Shown here one piece after another: positions 9,418-19,248 of a DNA stretch of 64,000 nt. The stretch comes from Patescibacteria group bacterium (GTDB lineage: Bacteria > Patescibacteriota > Patescibacteriia > JACRDY01): positions 214,175 through 278,174 of the forward strand of contig JBAZFH010000001.1 in NCBI GenBank assembly GCA_041653535.1, in the 5' to 3' direction. The first letter of the stretch is position 1. Each line of letters begins with the position of its first letter. The position numbers were made by a program, and so were the translations under genes. The notes beneath the pieces were generated by a model, which did no database searches, had not been told where the DNA came from, and was given only the letters and a program-made list of their open reading frames with translations.

Positions 9418-9942
9418 TTAAGAATTAATATTGGTGTTTGATCCGTCCATCGGGCCGGGTCCGTCAAAATTATTATCTCCTCTCATCGGTCCGTGGCCAG
9501 GTTGGCCGACCATGATCTCGGCGGCAGTTACATTCGTACCATCAACTTCGCCGTGCACCATAATCATGTCATCAACTTTCAAATCGGAAACGGCTAGGGT
9601 GGTTTCAGTTGGTTTTTCACCAGCCTCGCCCCGAGTCATTTCTTTCACAGTGGTGCCGGAAGTGTCAACGGTGTAAGTAACTTCGGTGGCATCTGGACCA
9701 AAACCTTGTTTACCGGTAATGGTGATGGTGGTACCGCTGATAGCGGAAATCTTACCCATAACACCTGGCCGATGTTGATTTCGATCTGGACTTTTTTCAC
9801 CCATCGGTTTGTTTGGTCCGTGGCCAGGTTGGCCGACGTCTGAGGCAGTATTAGTTCTAGCTAAGGCGTAATTTGCTCCGCTTAGAGTTAAAAGAGTTAA
9901 AGCTAGAATGGTTAGGATGAACAGTGATTTTTTGTGTTTCAT
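9418..9942 (-). CDS. Secreted protein with one DUF5666-like beta domain
   Basis: Signal peptide; GKISAISGTTITITG...TYTVD...DLKVDD.IMVHGEVDGTNVTA; duplicated VGQPGHGP. Confidence 0.75.
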   Translation of the reverse strand: MKHKKSLFILTILALTLLTLSGANYALARTNTASDVGQPGHGPNKPMGEKSPDRNQHRPGVMGKISAISGTTITITGKQGFGPDATEVTYTVDTSGTTVKEMTRGEAGEKPTETTLAVSDLKVDDMIMVHGEVDGTNVTAAEIMVGQPGHGPMRGDNNFDGPGPMDGSNTNINS

Positions 9943-10007
9943 AATTCGCTTGCTTGATTATTTTTTTGTTAATTCGACCTTTAGTTTATTTTAATTTCGA
10001 CCTTTTA

Positions 10008-10997
10008 CTATTTACCAAAACTAAATAGTCTGCTAAAAAAGTTACTAATTGAAGAGAAAAATTTAGACAAGAAACCAGTTGACTGTGAATGATCACCTTG
10101 ATTATTGCTTCTACCATTTAGGCCAGGCTGTTCTTGGTTGTCGTTAAGTAATTTTATGCCCTTAGAGATAGAAGCAGCAGTGATGGTTTGGTCGGAGATG
10201 GTTCCAGCTACTTTTAAAGTATCGCCGACGTTAATATCAGAAATACTTAAAGTTTTAGCATTAGAACCAACACCCTCAGTTATGGTAGCACTACTAGTAT
10301 CCACGGTGTAAGTAACATCAGTGGCGTTCTCACCAAATTCTTGCTTGCCAGTTAGAGTAATGGTAGTGTCGTTGATTGCTGTGACGGTGCCAGTGATGCC
10401 GCGCGACTGCTTATTGTCTTTTTTGTTTGGGTTTGAATTGCTTGAGCCGTTTGAATTTGCCGTTCCTACAGTTTTATTTTCTGATTTTTTATTGCTTGCT
10501 ATAGAATCTGTATTTGTGTTAGATCGGTTATTGGGTTTATCATTCATCCCTGGCCCTTGGTCGCCCATTTTGCCATCCATAATGGCAGTCGCCGTAACAG
10601 TCGTTCCGGAAACAGTGCCGGTAATCATTAAGGTGTCACCAACTTGGATATCAGAAACGGAGATAGTGGTTTCCGTTGGCTTAGAGACGTTAGTGTTAGA
10701 GTCAGTGGTAGGAGCAGATATTTTTTTCACCGTAGAGCTACTGGCATCCACGGTGTAAGTAACATCAGTGGCGTTCTCGCCAAATCCTTGCTTGCCGGTC
10801 AAGGTAATAGTAGTGCCGCTAATGTCTGCCACTGTGCCGGTAACACCGGGCGCGGGATGCGCTTGATCTTTTCCTTGGGGTGGTTCGAAATTTTGATCGG
10901 AATTCGCCGTATCGGCCAGAGTGAAATTTACGGTCAAGACACTGACGGCTAAGATCCCCGCTAGCGTCAAAAAAATTAGAGTTTTTCTTTTAGTCAT
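10008..10997 (-). CDS. Secreted protein with two DUF5666-like domains; paralog of 9418-9942
   Basis: Signal peptide; two copies of GTV..I..TTITLTGKQ.FGENATDVTYTVD; amphipathic C-terminus. Confidence 0.78.
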   Translation of the reverse strand: MTKRKTLIFLTLAGILAVSVLTVNFTLADTANSDQNFEPPQGKDQAHPAPGVTGTVADISGTTITLTGKQGFGENATDVTYTVDASSSTVKKISAPTTDSNTNVSKPTETTISVSDIQVGDTLMITGTVSGTTVTATAIMDGKMGDQGPGMNDKPNNRSNTNTDSIASNKKSENKTVGTANSNGSSNSNPNKKDNKQSRGITGTVTAINDTTITLTGKQEFGENATDVTYTVDTSSATITEGVGSNAKTLSISDINVGDTLKVAGTISDQTITAASISKGIKLLNDNQEQPGLNGRSNNQGDHSQSTGFLSKFFSSISNFFSRLFSFGK

Positions 10998-11151
10998 AAT
11001 TTTTGAAAGTTGTTTTTTAAATTAAAATGATACCTAGGTATAAAAATATTTCACATCTCGACCGTATTTCCATATATATTAATACGTTTGGGAGGCGACT
11101 TTTGGTGCATTTTTAGGTAAATTATGGTTGGTTATTCTTTGATTTTATTAA

Positions 11152-11223
11152 GACCTCATCGTCTAATGATTAGGATGCAGAGTTCTCATTCTGGTGATTG
11201 GGGCTCGATCTCCCGCGGGGGTT
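11152..11223 (+). pseudogene. Degenerate tRNA-Glu(CTC)-like copy
   Basis: Colinear with 9192-9263 (TCGTCTAATGATTAGGA..TTCTCAT..) but with broken stems and a CTCGA T-loop. Confidence 0.7.
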
Positions 11224-11278
11224 AATTATTATATAAAAAAGACCGAGAATAAATTTCCCGGCTTTTTTATTCTGGCAA

Positions 11279-12331
11279 CTAAACTTTTTTGTACCTCGTC
11301 GTTCGACCTTGCCCTAGCCGCTCTATTTTTTTCAGTTGTAATAGTTTGTCTAATGCTTGAGAAACGGTCGGCCTAGCCACTTTGGTCGCTTTGGCAATTT
11401 CTCCCGGTGTTATTTCTTCACCCGATTCCAGACAACGCCAAACCGCTAACTGTTTTGGCGATAACAGTTTTTTAATATTTTCTGCAGATAGTAGATCTAT
11501 AGCTTGTTTAGCTTGAGTCAGTAAAATATTTAGGAAAAATTTTGTCCAGACCGAAATATCTTCCCTAGCTGCTCCAAAGGTTTTTTGGCTTTGGCGTAAT
11601 GCCAGATAATAGTCAGCCTTATTATCTTCAATCAATTTTTCATGCGAAACATAAGGCATATAAGCATAGCCGTATTTCAGCATCAAGAGATTGGCCAGTA
11701 TCCTAGAAAGCCGACCATTGCCATCTTGGAAAGGGTGGATTTTTAAAAACTCAACTACAAAATTACTGATTATCAGTAAAGGATGGGTTGTCTGCAAAAC
11801 AAGAGCTTCGTTGGTCCAATTCATTAATTCTTGCATTGCCTTGGGCGTTAAATACGCCGGAGTCGGAGCAAACAAAACGCTGATAGTTTTTCCGCTTTCA
11901 TCAAGTATTTCCACTTGATTCTCAATCGCTTTATATTTCCCTCGATGCCGTTCATCCTTATCCGCATACTTTAATAATTCCTTGTGTAAGTGCTTAATAG
12001 TACTTTCAGTAAAGGGGATACTGTTCCAAGAGCTAAAGACATTATCCAACAGTTCGTAGTAGCCCTGGACTTCCTGCTTATCTCGGTCAGCCAATTTTTG
12101 CAAAGATAGCCCGCGCATCAGTTTTTCAATTTCATTGTCAGTCAGCCTTGCTCCTTCAATTCTAGTAGATGCGCCTGTTGAAGTAACCAAAACTGAACGT
12201 TTTAGTCGTCCTAGTGCTTGAGGGTTTAATTGCGCCCCGCCGATCCACTGACCTTTTAGTTCATTAATTTGATTTAGGAGTAGCCAAATATCAGATGACA
12301 AGTTTTTAATCCGCTTTTCAAAATTATTCAT
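11279..12331 (-). CDS. Fic family protein with C-terminal winged HTH
   Basis: HPFQDGNGRLSR Fic motif, STRIEG inhibitory motif, C-terminal HTH. Confidence 0.93.
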   Translation of the reverse strand: MNNFEKRIKNLSSDIWLLLNQINELKGQWIGGAQLNPQALGRLKRSVLVTSTGASTRIEGARLTDNEIEKLMRGLSLQKLADRDKQEVQGYYELLDNVFSSWNSIPFTESTIKHLHKELLKYADKDERHRGKYKAIENQVEILDESGKTISVLFAPTPAYLTPKAMQELMNWTNEALVLQTTHPLLIISNFVVEFLKIHPFQDGNGRLSRILANLLMLKYGYAYMPYVSHEKLIEDNKADYYLALRQSQKTFGAAREDISVWTKFFLNILLTQAKQAIDLLSAENIKKLLSPKQLAVWRCLESGEEITPGEIAKATKVARPTVSQALDKLLQLKKIERLGQGRTTRYKKV

Positions 12332-12493
12332 ATAGTTGAAATATGTTAATCTTATGTATTTACTATATGAGATTATAGTAGATTATTTATAACCAGTCAA
12401 GCAATTTTAGGTCTAGATAAAATCCTCTAAAAATATTAGCTAAAATTAGATGACCGCTTAGGGGCGACCCGAAAGGGTTCGATTCTCTTTGCC

Positions 12494-12586
12494 GTCATAT
12501 ACCGATGAGCTGTTCGAGAGATGCTGAAGGGTATCCTCACAAAGGAGTCCTTAGGACCTTCAGATAAGACTCGGACGGATTGAAAT
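12494..12586 (+). repeat. Dispersed ~70-bp element, copy B, preceded by a tRNA-like 3' end remnant (~12455-12497)
   Basis: Aligns with 9260-9351; upstream GGGTTCGATTCTCTTTGCCGTCA resembles a T-arm plus acceptor strand. Confidence 0.75.
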
Positions 12587-12677
12587 ATCCTTAGATTTCC
12601 TGGAACAAAAAGCTACCTATTGAATTTAGGTGGTTTTTTGTTATGATATTAATGTACTAAATATTATAATAAAAAAT

Positions 12678-13046
12678 ATGTCTAACGTAGAAAGGTCAGA
12701 GATGCCTCCTTTGCAAAACTTTGAAGTTCAAAAAATTCCAATTGGAAATGGCTATATCTATAATATATTTTTTAAGTCACCCGAGGAGGCAGAGCAAGCA
12801 ATTAAAGATTTTTGGGGCAATGTCCAGAATGCAGAAAGTATACAACGGAATATTGGTTCTGGCACATTACAGCCACTTAAACACGCGATTACTTTGGGGG
12901 ACAGGACTGAAGCCCGTGATATATCAAAACATCCTGATTCAGAAAAACATCCAGGGATGGCAGTTTATGTAAATTTTAATGGTAACACTATGGCTTTAAG
13001 CCAACGTGGTGAAGAGGCGTTGCGTAAATTAGGCTATATTGAGTAG
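12678..13046 (+). CDS. Hypothetical protein
   Basis: ORF from MSNVERSE; no recognisable motif. Confidence 0.7.
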   Translation: MSNVERSEMPPLQNFEVQKIPIGNGYIYNIFFKSPEEAEQAIKDFWGNVQNAESIQRNIGSGTLQPLKHAITLGDRTEARDISKHPDSEKHPGMAVYVNFNGNTMALSQRGEEALRKLGYIE

Positions 13047-13073
13047 TTTTTAATTTATCCCCTTAAAACACCC

Positions 13074-13167
13074 CCCCTACCCCAAGGGGGTCTCTAACCA
13101 CTCTAAATTGACCCTCGAAGAAGCCCTTAAAGATTGCTATTTGGTGGTGTCAGACCGACACGGCTCA
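13074..13167 (+). repeat. Degenerate direct repeat, left of metal/redox island
   Basis: Aligns colinearly with 19156-19248. Confidence 0.75.
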
Positions 13168-13392
13168 CCAAAGAAAAAAAGTATCGAGACCCGATGGGTA
13201 TCTCGTGGTTCTAGACCCGAGTGCCCTTTGGCCTTGATAACTAGATAGACTAAAAAATCACCTGTAATTTAGATGATTTTTTGGTTGTTGATAACTGTTT
13301 GACAGATATATGGTTATGGGTATATACTCATAATAGGTAATATTAATCAAAGGTCGTATTGCCAAAGATTATTAAATTTAACAAAAAAACAT

Positions 13393-13644
13393 ATGCCAAG
13401 AATGGACGGAACAGGTCCTGTGGGCCAAGGCGCCGGTACTGGTCGAGGAATGGGTCCTTGCGGTGGCGGAATGAGAATGGGTTGGTGCGGTCGAGGTCGA
13501 GGTCAAGGGCGAGGTTGGGGTTTTGGGAGATTTTTTCGTTCTCCTAAGAATCAGCTTCAATCATTAGAAGAGGAAGAAAAGATGCTGACAGAAGAATTGG
13601 AAGCGGTAAAAGCTGAAAAGGCGGCCCTTAAGGATCAAAAATAA
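13393..13644 (+). CDS. DUF5320-like Gly/Arg-rich small protein
   Basis: MPRMDGTGPVGQGAGTGRGMGPCG motif and C-terminal coiled coil. Confidence 0.85.
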   Translation: MPRMDGTGPVGQGAGTGRGMGPCGGGMRMGWCGRGRGQGRGWGFGRFFRSPKNQLQSLEEEEKMLTEELEAVKAEKAALKDQK

Positions 13645-13743
13645 GAGAAGGTGTGGAATCCGGCCTTCTGTCGTAAGACAGGGGGCCGGGCAACCTTCTC
13701 TTATAGCCAAGAATATCAAGTTTAATATAATTTTTCAATATTT

Positions 13744-14031
13744 ATGCCAAGACCACAACGTTGTCTATGTAAAGGAATAAAATTCGAACCCGATATAAGC
13801 TATTTTAAACCGCAAGGCGTGCCGATGCGGAATCTGCAGGTTATAGAACTTTCGCTCGAAGAAATTGAGGCGTATCGGTTACGCCATATTGAGGATATGG
13901 ATCAACAGGCGGCGGCCGAGAAAATGCATACCTCGACCAGCACTTATCAGCGGATACTCTATTCTGCTTATGGGAAAATTGCCGATGCCCTGATTAACGG
14001 CAAGGCGATTAAAATAATTAAACATCAATAA
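13744..14031 (+). CDS. DUF134/UPF0251 putative DNA-binding protein
   Basis: MPRP..C.C, YFKPQGVP, EEIEAYRL, QQAAAEKM..S..TYQRIL HTH. Confidence 0.88.
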   Translation: MPRPQRCLCKGIKFEPDISYFKPQGVPMRNLQVIELSLEEIEAYRLRHIEDMDQQAAAEKMHTSTSTYQRILYSAYGKIADALINGKAIKIIKHQ

Positions 14032-14032
14032 T

Positions 14033-14773
14033 ATGCTCACGCTATTAACAATAATTATCGCGACATTTATCATTACTCTCTGTGTCTGGGTGGCGGTATT
14101 GTTTATTTTTTTGAAAAAAGATATTTTGTCAAAAATTACAATGTTTCTGGTTGCTCTGTCCGCCGGAGCGTTGATGGGCGGCGCTTTTTTGCATCTAATG
14201 CCTGAAGCCTCGGAAGAAATAAGGACGGATACATTGTTTGCCATTTTTTTAATTTCTTTTGCCGTCTTTTTTCTGATAGAAAAACTACTCCACTGGCGAC
14301 ATTGCCATAAAGCTGATTGCCCAGTTCATACTTTCGGTCATATGAATTTAATCGGTGACGCCATTCATAATTTTATCGACGGACTGATAATCGCCAGTAC
14401 CTTCATGGTTGATTTTAGTTTAGGTATGGCGACGACATTAGCTGTAGCTATTCACGAAATACCGCAGGAAATCGGCGATTACGGCGTTTTGATCCATGCC
14501 GGATTTAACAACAAAAAAGCTTTGACCCTTAACTACCTCGTCGCTCTCACGGTGGTATTGGGCGGTATAGCGGGATATTTTTCTTTTTCCCACTTGCAGA
14601 ATATCTTGCCTTATCTCCTACCGTTTGCGGCCGGTGGTTTCGTTTACATTGCCGCTTCCGATCTGATGCCGGAAATAAGGAAGGAGACGAACATAAGTAA
14701 GTCCATGGGTACATTTCTTGTTTTTCTTCTGGGTATATTAATGATGTATTTAATCAAATTAATTAATCATTAA
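14033..14773 (+). CDS. ZIP family metal transporter
   Basis: HWRHCH loop, GDAIHNFIDG, HEIPQEIGD. Confidence 0.92.
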   Translation: MLTLLTIIIATFIITLCVWVAVLFIFLKKDILSKITMFLVALSAGALMGGAFLHLMPEASEEIRTDTLFAIFLISFAVFFLIEKLLHWRHCHKADCPVHTFGHMNLIGDAIHNFIDGLIIASTFMVDFSLGMATTLAVAIHEIPQEIGDYGVLIHAGFNNKKALTLNYLVALTVVLGGIAGYFSFSHLQNILPYLLPFAAGGFVYIAASDLMPEIRKETNISKSMGTFLVFLLGILMMYLIKLINH

Positions 14774-14777
14774 AAGC

Positions 14778-15539
14778 ATGCCGGGTAAAATAAAAAACAC
14801 TTTATTGATTTTTTCCGGCAAAGGTGGCGTCGGCAAATCGACCATAGCCACAAACCTGGCCATGTCTTTTGTCCAGAAAGGATTAAAGGTCGGTTTACTT
14901 GATGCTGATATTCACGGTCCAAATTTGGCCTTAATGCTAGGTGTGCAGGAAAAAGCGGTTTTCTCTTACGGAGAAGATTTTATCTTGCCTATTGAAGTGA
15001 GCAAAAATTTATCATTAATTTCCATTGCTTATTTTATACCCCAAAAAGATACTCCGATAATTTGGCGTGGTCCGGCAAAAATGAAAATTATTGAAAAATT
15101 TGTCAAGGAAGTAAGTTGGGGCGACCTTGATTGGCTGATAGTTGACGCCCCTCCAGGTACCGGGGACGAACCATTATCAATCGCTCAATTATTGCCAAAA
15201 TCAGGAGCGATTATAGTCACTACGCCTCAAGACGTCTCATTACTTGATTCCAAGAAAGCGATAAATTTTGCCAAAAAACTTAAATTAAAAATTTATGGTC
15301 TGATTGAAAATATGAGCGGTTTGCAATGCCCTCATTGCAATAAAGTCATCAATTTATTCAAAAAAGGTGGTGGAGAAAAAATTGCTAAAAAATATAAAAT
15401 ACCATTTTTGGGACGCATTCCTCTTGATCCGGAAATAGTTATTTCCAGTGACAGTGGTCGTCCAATTGTCATAAATAAAAAATCAGATACCACAAAGAAT
15501 TTTTTATTAATAGCTGATAAAATAATTAATAAGAAATAA
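14778..15539 (+). CDS. Mrp/NBP35 (ApbC) Fe-S carrier ATPase
   Basis: SGKGGVGKST, DADIHGP, WRGP, DAPPGTGD, ENMS..CPHC. Confidence 0.93.
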   Translation: MPGKIKNTLLIFSGKGGVGKSTIATNLAMSFVQKGLKVGLLDADIHGPNLALMLGVQEKAVFSYGEDFILPIEVSKNLSLISIAYFIPQKDTPIIWRGPAKMKIIEKFVKEVSWGDLDWLIVDAPPGTGDEPLSIAQLLPKSGAIIVTTPQDVSLLDSKKAINFAKKLKLKIYGLIENMSGLQCPHCNKVINLFKKGGGEKIAKKYKIPFLGRIPLDPEIVISSDSGRPIVINKKSDTTKNFLLIADKIINKK

Positions 15540-15543
15540 AAAT

Positions 15544-15813
15544 ATGAAAGTGCTAAAATTTGGAGCAGTATGGTGTGCGGGATGTCTTGTCATGAAGCCG
15601 AGGTGGCAGCAGATTGAAGCAGAAAATCCTTGGCTTTGCACTGAATATTATGATTTTGACCAAGACAAGGAAATCATTAAAAAGTACAACATTACTGATG
15701 TTTTGCCGGTTTTCGTTTTTTTAGATAAAGATGGTAAAGAATTTCTACGTTTAGACGGTGAAGTAGATAAAAATAAATTGATCGAAACTATCAATCAGAA
15801 CAAGGAAAAATAA
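15544..15813 (+). CDS. Thioredoxin family protein
   Basis: FGAVWCAGC active-site motif. Confidence 0.88.
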   Translation: MKVLKFGAVWCAGCLVMKPRWQQIEAENPWLCTEYYDFDQDKEIIKKYNITDVLPVFVFLDKDGKEFLRLDGEVDKNKLIETINQNKEK

Positions 15814-15816
15814 ATT

Positions 15817-17106
15817 ATGAAATTAACATTTAAAAAGATAATCGTGATATTTTTGTTAGGTTTGGTTGTATCAACACAAGTTGTTTCTGCTAGTAATTTT
15901 CCAATCAACGCTTATTTTTTCTACGGAGACGGTTGCCCCCATTGCGCTGAAGAGAGACGGTATTTATTTAATGATTTAAAAAATGATTATCCCAACTTGC
16001 AAATCTATGAATATGAAATCTATAACAACAAAAATAACGCTTTGTTGTTGCAACAAACAGCCGATAAGCTTGGCGTCAGTATCGGCGGCGTGCCGTTTTT
16101 GGTTATCGGCGATAAACAGTTTGTTGGGTTTGCTAATGGCATAACCTCCGGCCAGATAGAACAGCGGGTAAAAGAATGTTCCGTCGCATCATGTCAAGAC
16201 TCAGTCGCCGCTATTGTCGGGATTAAGGTTATTAAACCTCAACAGCCGGCAGTTCAAGAAAATAAAAATCACGAGCCAATCAAAAATGAAAATGTAGCTA
16301 TAAAAAATTCGATCGAAGCGCCAATCGTGCAAGAGCCGCCTAGCCAAGAAAATAAAGATAAATTAATAAAATTACCGTTATTGGGTGAGGTCAATGCGGT
16401 GAATTTTTCTCTACCTATTTTAACTATAATTATGGGGGCTTTGGACGGATTTAATCCTTGCGCCATGTGGACACTTTTATTTTTGATTAGCCTGCTTTTG
16501 GGTATGGAAAACAGGAAAAGAATGTGGCTTCTAGGTAGCGCGTTTATCGTCGCTTCTGCCACCGTTTATTTTCTGTTCATGTCAGCTTGGCTCAATCTAA
16601 TTCTCTTCTTAGGATTCGTGGTTTGGGTAAGAACATTGATTGGATTATTGGCTCTTTTGGGTGGCGGTTACAGTCTTAAAGAATTTTTATTTAATAAGGA
16701 CAGCGGCTGTAAAATAGCCGGTGACGAGCAAAGGCAAAAAACCTTTGCCAGATTAAAGTCAGCGGTTCAACAAAATAGTTTATGGCTGGCGCTGGGGGGA
16801 ATTATTATTTTAGCTTTCGCCGTTAATTTAGTTGAGTTGATTTGTTCGGCCGGACTTCCGGCGGTTTACACACAAGTTTTAGCTTTAAATGAAATGGCTG
16901 GTTGGCATTATTACCTTTACATTCTGCTCTATATATTCTTTTTTATGTTGGACGATTTATTTATCTTTTTTATCGCTATGATTACCTTAGAAATGACGGG
17001 AGTCACCACCAAATATGCCAGAGCATCTCGTTTAATCGGCGGATTGGTAATGTTGGTGATTGGTTTAGCGTTGATATTTAAGCCGGAATGGATAATGTTT
17101 AATTGA
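15817..17106 (+). CDS. Exported glutaredoxin-like domain fused to a CcdA/DsbD-like membrane domain
   Basis: Signal peptide, GCPHC, then multi-TM domain with DGFNPCA and ELICSAG. Confidence 0.82.
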   Translation: MKLTFKKIIVIFLLGLVVSTQVVSASNFPINAYFFYGDGCPHCAEERRYLFNDLKNDYPNLQIYEYEIYNNKNNALLLQQTADKLGVSIGGVPFLVIGDKQFVGFANGITSGQIEQRVKECSVASCQDSVAAIVGIKVIKPQQPAVQENKNHEPIKNENVAIKNSIEAPIVQEPPSQENKDKLIKLPLLGEVNAVNFSLPILTIIMGALDGFNPCAMWTLLFLISLLLGMENRKRMWLLGSAFIVASATVYFLFMSAWLNLILFLGFVVWVRTLIGLLALLGGGYSLKEFLFNKDSGCKIAGDEQRQKTFARLKSAVQQNSLWLALGGIIILAFAVNLVELICSAGLPAVYTQVLALNEMAGWHYYLYILLYIFFFMLDDLFIFFIAMITLEMTGVTTKYARASRLIGGLVMLVIGLALIFKPEWIMFN

Positions 17107-17108
17107 GT

Positions 17109-17966
17109 ATGGCTGGTAATTTCTTTTTACCTTTTACTTTAACTATTTTAGCCGGACTTTCGACCGTCATCGGCGCTGGTTTGATTTTTTGGGCCAGAAC
17201 CACTTGCACTAAATTTTTGTCTTTCGGTTTGGGACTGTCGGCCGGCGTGATGATTTATTTGTCTTTTTTTGAATTGCTCAAGGAATCAAATAATTTTTTT
17301 CAAGAAGCTTCCAGTGGCGGTTATCATTGGTTGGTAGTTTTGATGTTTTTAGTCGGTTTGGCGATTGCCGGCGTAATCGACGCCTTTACTCATAATCGTA
17401 TGGAAACTTGTTCGGTTGCTGATTACGGATTGAATGGCGGCGGGGATGCCGTTCAATGTCCGAACGATGGATTTGGCGGACGATGTCGTCGCCGAAGGTA
17501 TTGGTCGAGACGGCAAGCTCTTTTGCAAACAGGGACAATTACCGCCATAGTTATTGCTCTGCATAACTTTCCCGAGGGGATAATTACCTTTACCACCGCT
17601 AGCATTAATCCTTTGTTTGGTTTATCGGTCGCCATCGCTATCGCCATCCACAATATACCGGAAGGTTTCTGTGTCGCCTTACCGATTTATTACGCAACGC
17701 AGGATAAGAAAAAAAGTATTTTGTACGCTTTATTGGCCGGTTTAGCCGAACCGCTGGGAGCACTGATTACTTATCTGATACTTTTTCCTTTTATTAATAA
17801 TTTTGTTTTAGGTATAATGTTGGCGCTGGTTGCCGGTATTATGGTCTATGTAGCTTTTGATGAACTTTTGCCCGCCGCCAGGAGATTCGGTCACGGACAT
17901 ATAAGTTTATTTGGCCTAGTGGTTGGCATGATAATTATGGCGTTTAGTTTATACTTGTTAAAGTAA
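17109..17966 (+). CDS. zupT: Zinc transporter ZupT (ZIP family)
   Basis: LSAGVMIYLSF, ALHNFPEG, AIHNIPEG, AEPLGA, DELLP. Confidence 0.9.
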   Translation: MAGNFFLPFTLTILAGLSTVIGAGLIFWARTTCTKFLSFGLGLSAGVMIYLSFFELLKESNNFFQEASSGGYHWLVVLMFLVGLAIAGVIDAFTHNRMETCSVADYGLNGGGDAVQCPNDGFGGRCRRRRYWSRRQALLQTGTITAIVIALHNFPEGIITFTTASINPLFGLSVAIAIAIHNIPEGFCVALPIYYATQDKKKSILYALLAGLAEPLGALITYLILFPFINNFVLGIMLALVAGIMVYVAFDELLPAARRFGHGHISLFGLVVGMIIMAFSLYLLK

Positions 17967-17969
17967 TTT

Positions 17970-19085
17970 ATGTTTAAGAAAATAATTTTATTATTATCCA
18001 TTTTGTTTCTCCTAGCGCCAATTTTTGTATCGGCTCAAACAGAGAATAATGCCGAGGATTTGGTTGATCGGGTTTTTAAAGCCGAGGTGATAAAGATTTT
18101 GGAAGAAAAGACGCTAGAGAGAGAGGACGGCTCAAGCGCGTTGCAGCAAAACCTGCTTCTGCGCGGGCTGGAAAAGGAATGGCGAGGCAAAGAATTTGAG
18201 CATCAAGGAATTTCTAAAATTGATGTGGCTAGCGCCAATACCTACAAAGTCGGCGATAAAGTTTTGGTCAGTGAAGTCAAGACGGTTGACGGCGCCACGA
18301 ATTATTATATAACTGATCTAGTTCGCAGCGGTTATTTATATTGGCTGGCTTTTATTTTTTGTGCCGTAATTATCTTTATTAGCAAAAAGAAGGGCATTAA
18401 GTCGTTAATAAGTTTAGTAGTCAGTTTCATTATCATTATTAAATTTATCGTCCCGCAAATTGTCAACGGCGCCAGTCCTCTTCTAGTCGGCGTATTCGGA
18501 GCGTTAATAATTTTAGCGATCATTATTTATCTAACTGAAGGGTGGAATAGGAAGTCGCATATTTCCGTAACCAGCGTCTTTTTTTCGTTATTAGTCACTT
18601 TTGTTTTATCTTGGATATTTACCTCTTTAACCAGATTGACCGGCATGGCTCAGGAAGAAGCGATGTTTCTGCTTGGTACGAACGGTGGGGCGATAGATTT
18701 TCAAGGTTTGCTTTTAGCGGGAATTTTGATCGGCACAGTCGGCGTTTTGGATGATATTATCGTCGGTCAAGTGGAATCGGTTAAACAAATTAAGAAAGCT
18801 AATCCTGACCTCACTAATAAGCAGGTTTATAAGTCGGCTTATGAAGTCGGCAATACTCATTTGGGAGCGATCGTCAATACTTTGTTTTTAGTTTATGCCG
18901 GAGCCAGCCTGCCGCTTTTGTTACTTTTTTATCTCAACCCGATGGGAACAGTTTCTTTTTCGCAGGTAATTAATAATGAGTTGATAGCTACGGAAATTGT
19001 CCGCACTCTTGTCGGCAGTATCGGCGTGGCTTTATCCATGCCGATCGCCACTCTTTTGGCTGTTTGGTTTATAAAAAACAAATAG
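17970..19085 (+). CDS. YibE/F family membrane protein
   Basis: GILIGTVGVLDD, VNTLFLVYAGASLP, EIVRTLVGSIG. Confidence 0.9.
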   Translation: MFKKIILLLSILFLLAPIFVSAQTENNAEDLVDRVFKAEVIKILEEKTLEREDGSSALQQNLLLRGLEKEWRGKEFEHQGISKIDVASANTYKVGDKVLVSEVKTVDGATNYYITDLVRSGYLYWLAFIFCAVIIFISKKKGIKSLISLVVSFIIIIKFIVPQIVNGASPLLVGVFGALIILAIIIYLTEGWNRKSHISVTSVFFSLLVTFVLSWIFTSLTRLTGMAQEEAMFLLGTNGGAIDFQGLLLAGILIGTVGVLDDIIVGQVESVKQIKKANPDLTNKQVYKSAYEVGNTHLGAIVNTLFLVYAGASLPLLLLFYLNPMGTVSFSQVINNELIATEIVRTLVGSIGVALSMPIATLLAVWFIKNK

Positions 19086-19155
19086 TCGATTTAAACCAAG
19101 GTAAAAGAATCCCTCTATACTGCACTGTCGCATTTGTCGCATTTTCGAATTCAGA

Positions 19156-19248
19156 CCCCTACCCGAAAGGGTCTCTAACTACCCCAAATTGATCCCCACA
19201 AAAGCCTTTGAAGATTGCTAGTTGGGGGTTCCAGACTGACAAGGCTCA
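19156..19248 (+). repeat. Degenerate direct repeat, right of metal/redox island
   Basis: Aligns with 13074-13167. Confidence 0.75.
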
